A stretch of 1,617 bases of DNA from Naegleria gruberi. Lineage: Eukaryota. The stretch lies in assembly GCA_000004985.1 (NCBI GenBank), contig GG739367.1; one strand, written 5' to 3'. The notes under the pieces are model-generated. The model was not told the origin of the DNA. It did no database searches and saw nothing but the letters and a program-made list of their open reading frames with translations. This document shows, piece after piece, positions 1 through 1,617 of this stretch. The stretch's first letter is position 1. Every line of letters starts with the position of its first letter. The position numbers and the translations under genes are program-made.

Positions 1-271
1 ATCCAAGTTATGGCAATGAGAAAATAAAGATTATAATGGATTTGGTGTCGTCTCATTTTTTTGTGAACATTCAATCCCATTTTGATATTCGGATCAAATT
101 CCTTGTAAAAGTTTAAATCCACACCATCTAATTTCACAGAAAAATATTTTGCAAGAGTGAAAAGGTGAAGAACATGATGGTGGCATGAATTAAATTGCTA
201 AAAATTGTAACTATTATGAGATTGCCGTAAAACAACCAATTTATAATTTTCATCATGAAAAATTATTTCTA

Positions 272-357
272 CTATTTAATACTGATGATGATGGTGAAGT
301 GAAAGGATAGTGATGTAAAACCACTCCGAAAATCAAAGGACCATTTGTTGAATATTT
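272..357 (+). repeat. Degenerate direct repeat, copy A: ctattta..tgatgatg...tttgttgaatattt.
   Basis: It shares a ctattta + tgatgatg(a) 5' module and an exact 14-mer, tttgttgaatattt (344..357 and 933..946), with copy B at 879..946. The middle of the two copies has diverged. Confidence 0.5.
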
Positions 358-651
358 TTTTCCTTGAATCATAAAAGTGGTTTGCATTCATTATTCTTAG
401 GTATCTTCTGGTGGAATCTCAGTTAGCTCGTCCTTCATTAAATTGTCATAATTTCCTTTTTTCTTTAGCCATTGATCGACTCATCTCGTAACAAGTTAGT
501 TCTTCTTGCTTTTCAAATATATCTCCATTTCTTCTTTTTGGACTTGCTGTCAAGAAAATCTTTTTGCATTAAAATAGTGAGCTTAATCAATTATAACTAT
601 ATCCAACCCTTTTGGTAAACTTTCTATACATTGAAATCCAGGATTTGGGTG

Positions 652-694
652 TTAACAATGACCAGCTCTTGGCGTGATGGTTGCAACGAAGCTT
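652..694 (+). repeat. Short degenerate direct repeat, copy X: ttaac...gcgtgatggttgcaacgaa.
   Basis: It aligns with 944..993 (ttaacggtcag...gcggtgatggttggcgcgaa). Both copies begin with ttaac and carry the core g(g)tgatggttg followed by cgaa. Confidence 0.4.
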
Positions 695-712
695 ATTAAA
701 TGCGTTGGACAA

Positions 713-724
713 GTTTGTTGTTTT
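713..724 (+). repeat. Exact 12-mer gtttgttgtttt, also present at 919..930 inside copy B.
   Basis: The two sites match exactly, and their downstream flanks are related: cgaaataatat at 725..735 versus gaatatttaa at 940..949. Confidence 0.35.
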
Positions 725-878
725 CGAAATAATATATGGTTCTGGAATTTTGTGGGCTATACTTTCAAAGTAAGTAGAAGTGAATACCAACACTTATCTA
801 GAAGATGTTTTGGTGAATGGCTGGTGTAGAAGGAAGCAAAGGGAGAACTCTCACGGTGCAGGTTGGATAAATAGGTTA

Positions 879-946
879 CCTATTTAGCAGGGTGATGATG
901 AAATCATGATGAGTAATTGTTTGTTGTTTTTTTTTGTTGAATATTT
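879..946 (+). repeat. Degenerate direct repeat, copy B, partner of 272..357.
   Basis: cctatttagcagggtgatgatgaaatcatgatgag...tttgttgaatattt aligns to copy A in the same orientation, about 608 bp away. It also contains the exact 12-mer gtttgttgtttt (919..930), which recurs at 713..724. Confidence 0.5.
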
Positions 947-993
947 AACGGTCAGAACAAACAACTTTCAGCGGTGATGGTTGGCGCGAAATC
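944..993 (+). repeat. Short degenerate direct repeat, copy Y, partner of 652..694. It directly abuts repeat copy B.
   Basis: Same alignment as copy X, spacing about 300 bp. Confidence 0.4.
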
Positions 994-1029
994 TTTGACC
1001 TAGTGAATGTTAGTGAACCAAGAGAATCA

Positions 1030-1110
1030 TGACTTGAGTTATAAGTGGATGTAGAGCAATAAATATTCAGAAATAGTATCAAAACTGATTGAAAGTTAGG
1101 AAGTTTCCAT
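1030..1110 (-). terminator. Putative 3' UTR and polyadenylation region of the minus-strand gene.
   Basis: It lies immediately downstream of the TAA on the minus strand. The reverse complement contains AT-rich TATTTATT and ATACTATTT elements, which resemble yeast efficiency/positioning elements. This is a compositional argument only. Confidence 0.25.
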
Positions 1111-1608
1111 TTATTTGTTAAACAATGTTTTTAGAGAATAGAGAACCAAGCCAGTCAACCCAATTTTCACAATAGTTTTCAATACTTTCCAAATAATAAA
1201 CAAAGTTGGAGAAAGAGTTTCCTTCAGCATTTCATCAATATCCAACTTGGTTGGGATTTCTCTTTTAGAATTGAGATTAAAACTTCTATTTCCTTGAAGT
1301 TTTTCATCGAATAGAGATCGCAATAGGAATGAGGCAACATCCTGACGAGTAACTTTGGATGAACCTTTCGGATAATTATTATCCTCTCCATATTCGAAAT
1401 CTAGAGTTATTGGTGAGTCCACCAATTGAGGAGGTCTTACAATGGCATAAGTAATTTTGGAATCTTTGGTCAATTGGCACAAGGTTCTTTCAGAATTTGC
1501 CAAATCTTGATAAACATTGTGGATAATATACTTTTTAAGGATATTATCAAAAAACCATGATTGTTTCACATCGAGAATGCCAGCCGACGTAATAATTGCA
1601 ATTCTCAT
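1111..1608 (-). CDS. C-terminal portion of a NAD(P)-binding Rossmann-fold atypical SDR (flavin reductase/BLVRB-like, fungal YMR090W-like). The stop codon TAA (rc of tta at 1111..1113) is included. The 5' end is probably incomplete, with an upstream exon beyond the window edge.
   Basis: This is a 165-aa stop-free ORF in AT-rich DNA; a random open run of that length is unlikely there. The peptide matches, by recall, the C-terminal half of the BLVRB/NmrA-like family: IAIITSAG resembles VVACTSAF, TYAIVRPPQLVDSP resembles KYVAVMPPHIGDQP, and SKVTRQDVASFLLRSLFDEK resembles [20 protein letters not shown] (yeast YMR090W has NREDVASF). Codon usage is yeast-like (AGA Arg, TTG Leu). The first Met has a weak context (C at -3). 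An in-frame TAG lies at 1612..1614 (rc), so the missing N-terminal GxxGxxG half must sit in an upstream exon or has been lost. Confidence 0.62.
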   Translation of the reverse strand: MRIAIITSAGILDVKQSWFFDNILKKYIIHNVYQDLANSERTLCQLTKDSKITYAIVRPPQLVDSPITLDFEYGEDNNYPKGSSKVTRQDVASFLLRSLFDEKLQGNRSFNLNSKREIPTKLDIDEMLKETLSPTLFIIWKVLKTIVKIGLTGLVLYSLKTLFNK

Positions 1609-1617
1609 TGGCTATCC

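Noticed and set aside
11-28. Tiny ORF atggcaatgagaaaataa (MAMRK*) as a possible uORF.
   Set aside because: There is no identifiable downstream main ORF on the + strand within the window, so this is indistinguishable from noise.
318-382. 8-bp inverted repeat aaaccact / agtggttt that could form a hairpin with a loop of about 50 nt.
   Set aside because: An 8-bp AT-rich inverted repeat at this distance is expected by chance several times in 1.6 kb. There is no supporting structure.
587-793. 68-aa minus-strand ORF (MLVFTSTYFESIAHKIPEPYIISKTTNLSN...).
   Set aside because: It is short and overlaps the repeat-rich non-coding mosaic. It has no recognisable motif or family resemblance, and an ORF of this length is expected by chance in about 1 kb. 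Treated as spurious.
283-913. Box C-like RUGAUGA motifs (atgatga at 286..292, gtgatga at 892..898, atgatga at 906..912) that could indicate C/D box snoRNAs.
   Set aside because: There is no CUGA box D at a plausible distance: none within about 150 nt of the first site, and only one (1085..1088) about 190 nt from the second. No terminal stem is evident, and the motifs are better explained as part of the TGATG motif family.
1027-1037. Gcn4/AP-1-like half site catgacttgag (TGACTtg), and cgactcat at 474..481.
   Set aside because: They match the TGACTCA consensus at only 5-6 of 7 positions, which is not distinguishable from chance.
1-1110. tRNA or other structured RNA genes.
   Set aside because: No GTTCGAATC/GTTCGATTC T-loop-like boxes and no cloverleaf-compatible segments were found on either strand.

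Overview
The window is AT-rich and looks eukaryotic, most likely from a budding-yeast-like fungus: AGA is used for Arg, TTG for Leu, and about 1.1 kb carries no ORF. One convincing coding region lies on the minus strand at 1111..1608. It encodes the C-terminal half of a NAD(P)-binding Rossmann-fold (atypical SDR) protein. From memory it resembles the flavin reductase/biliverdin reductase B family and its fungal YMR090W-like relatives, followed by a hydrophobic/amphipathic tail of about 45 aa not found in the family. The N-terminal Rossmann/GxxGxxG half is missing. An in-frame TAG sits two codons upstream of the first Met, so the gene probably continues past the window edge across an intron, or it is a truncated pseudogene. 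Positions 1..1110 appear non-coding, and the 68-aa ORF at 587..793 looks spurious. This non-coding stretch is a patchwork of short, degenerate, same-strand direct repeats. Two purine/GT-type pentamers are strongly over-represented on the + strand only: GTGAA occurs 9 times against 1 for its complement, and TGATG 10 times against 1. No tRNA, rRNA, CRISPR or clear mobile-element structure is visible.
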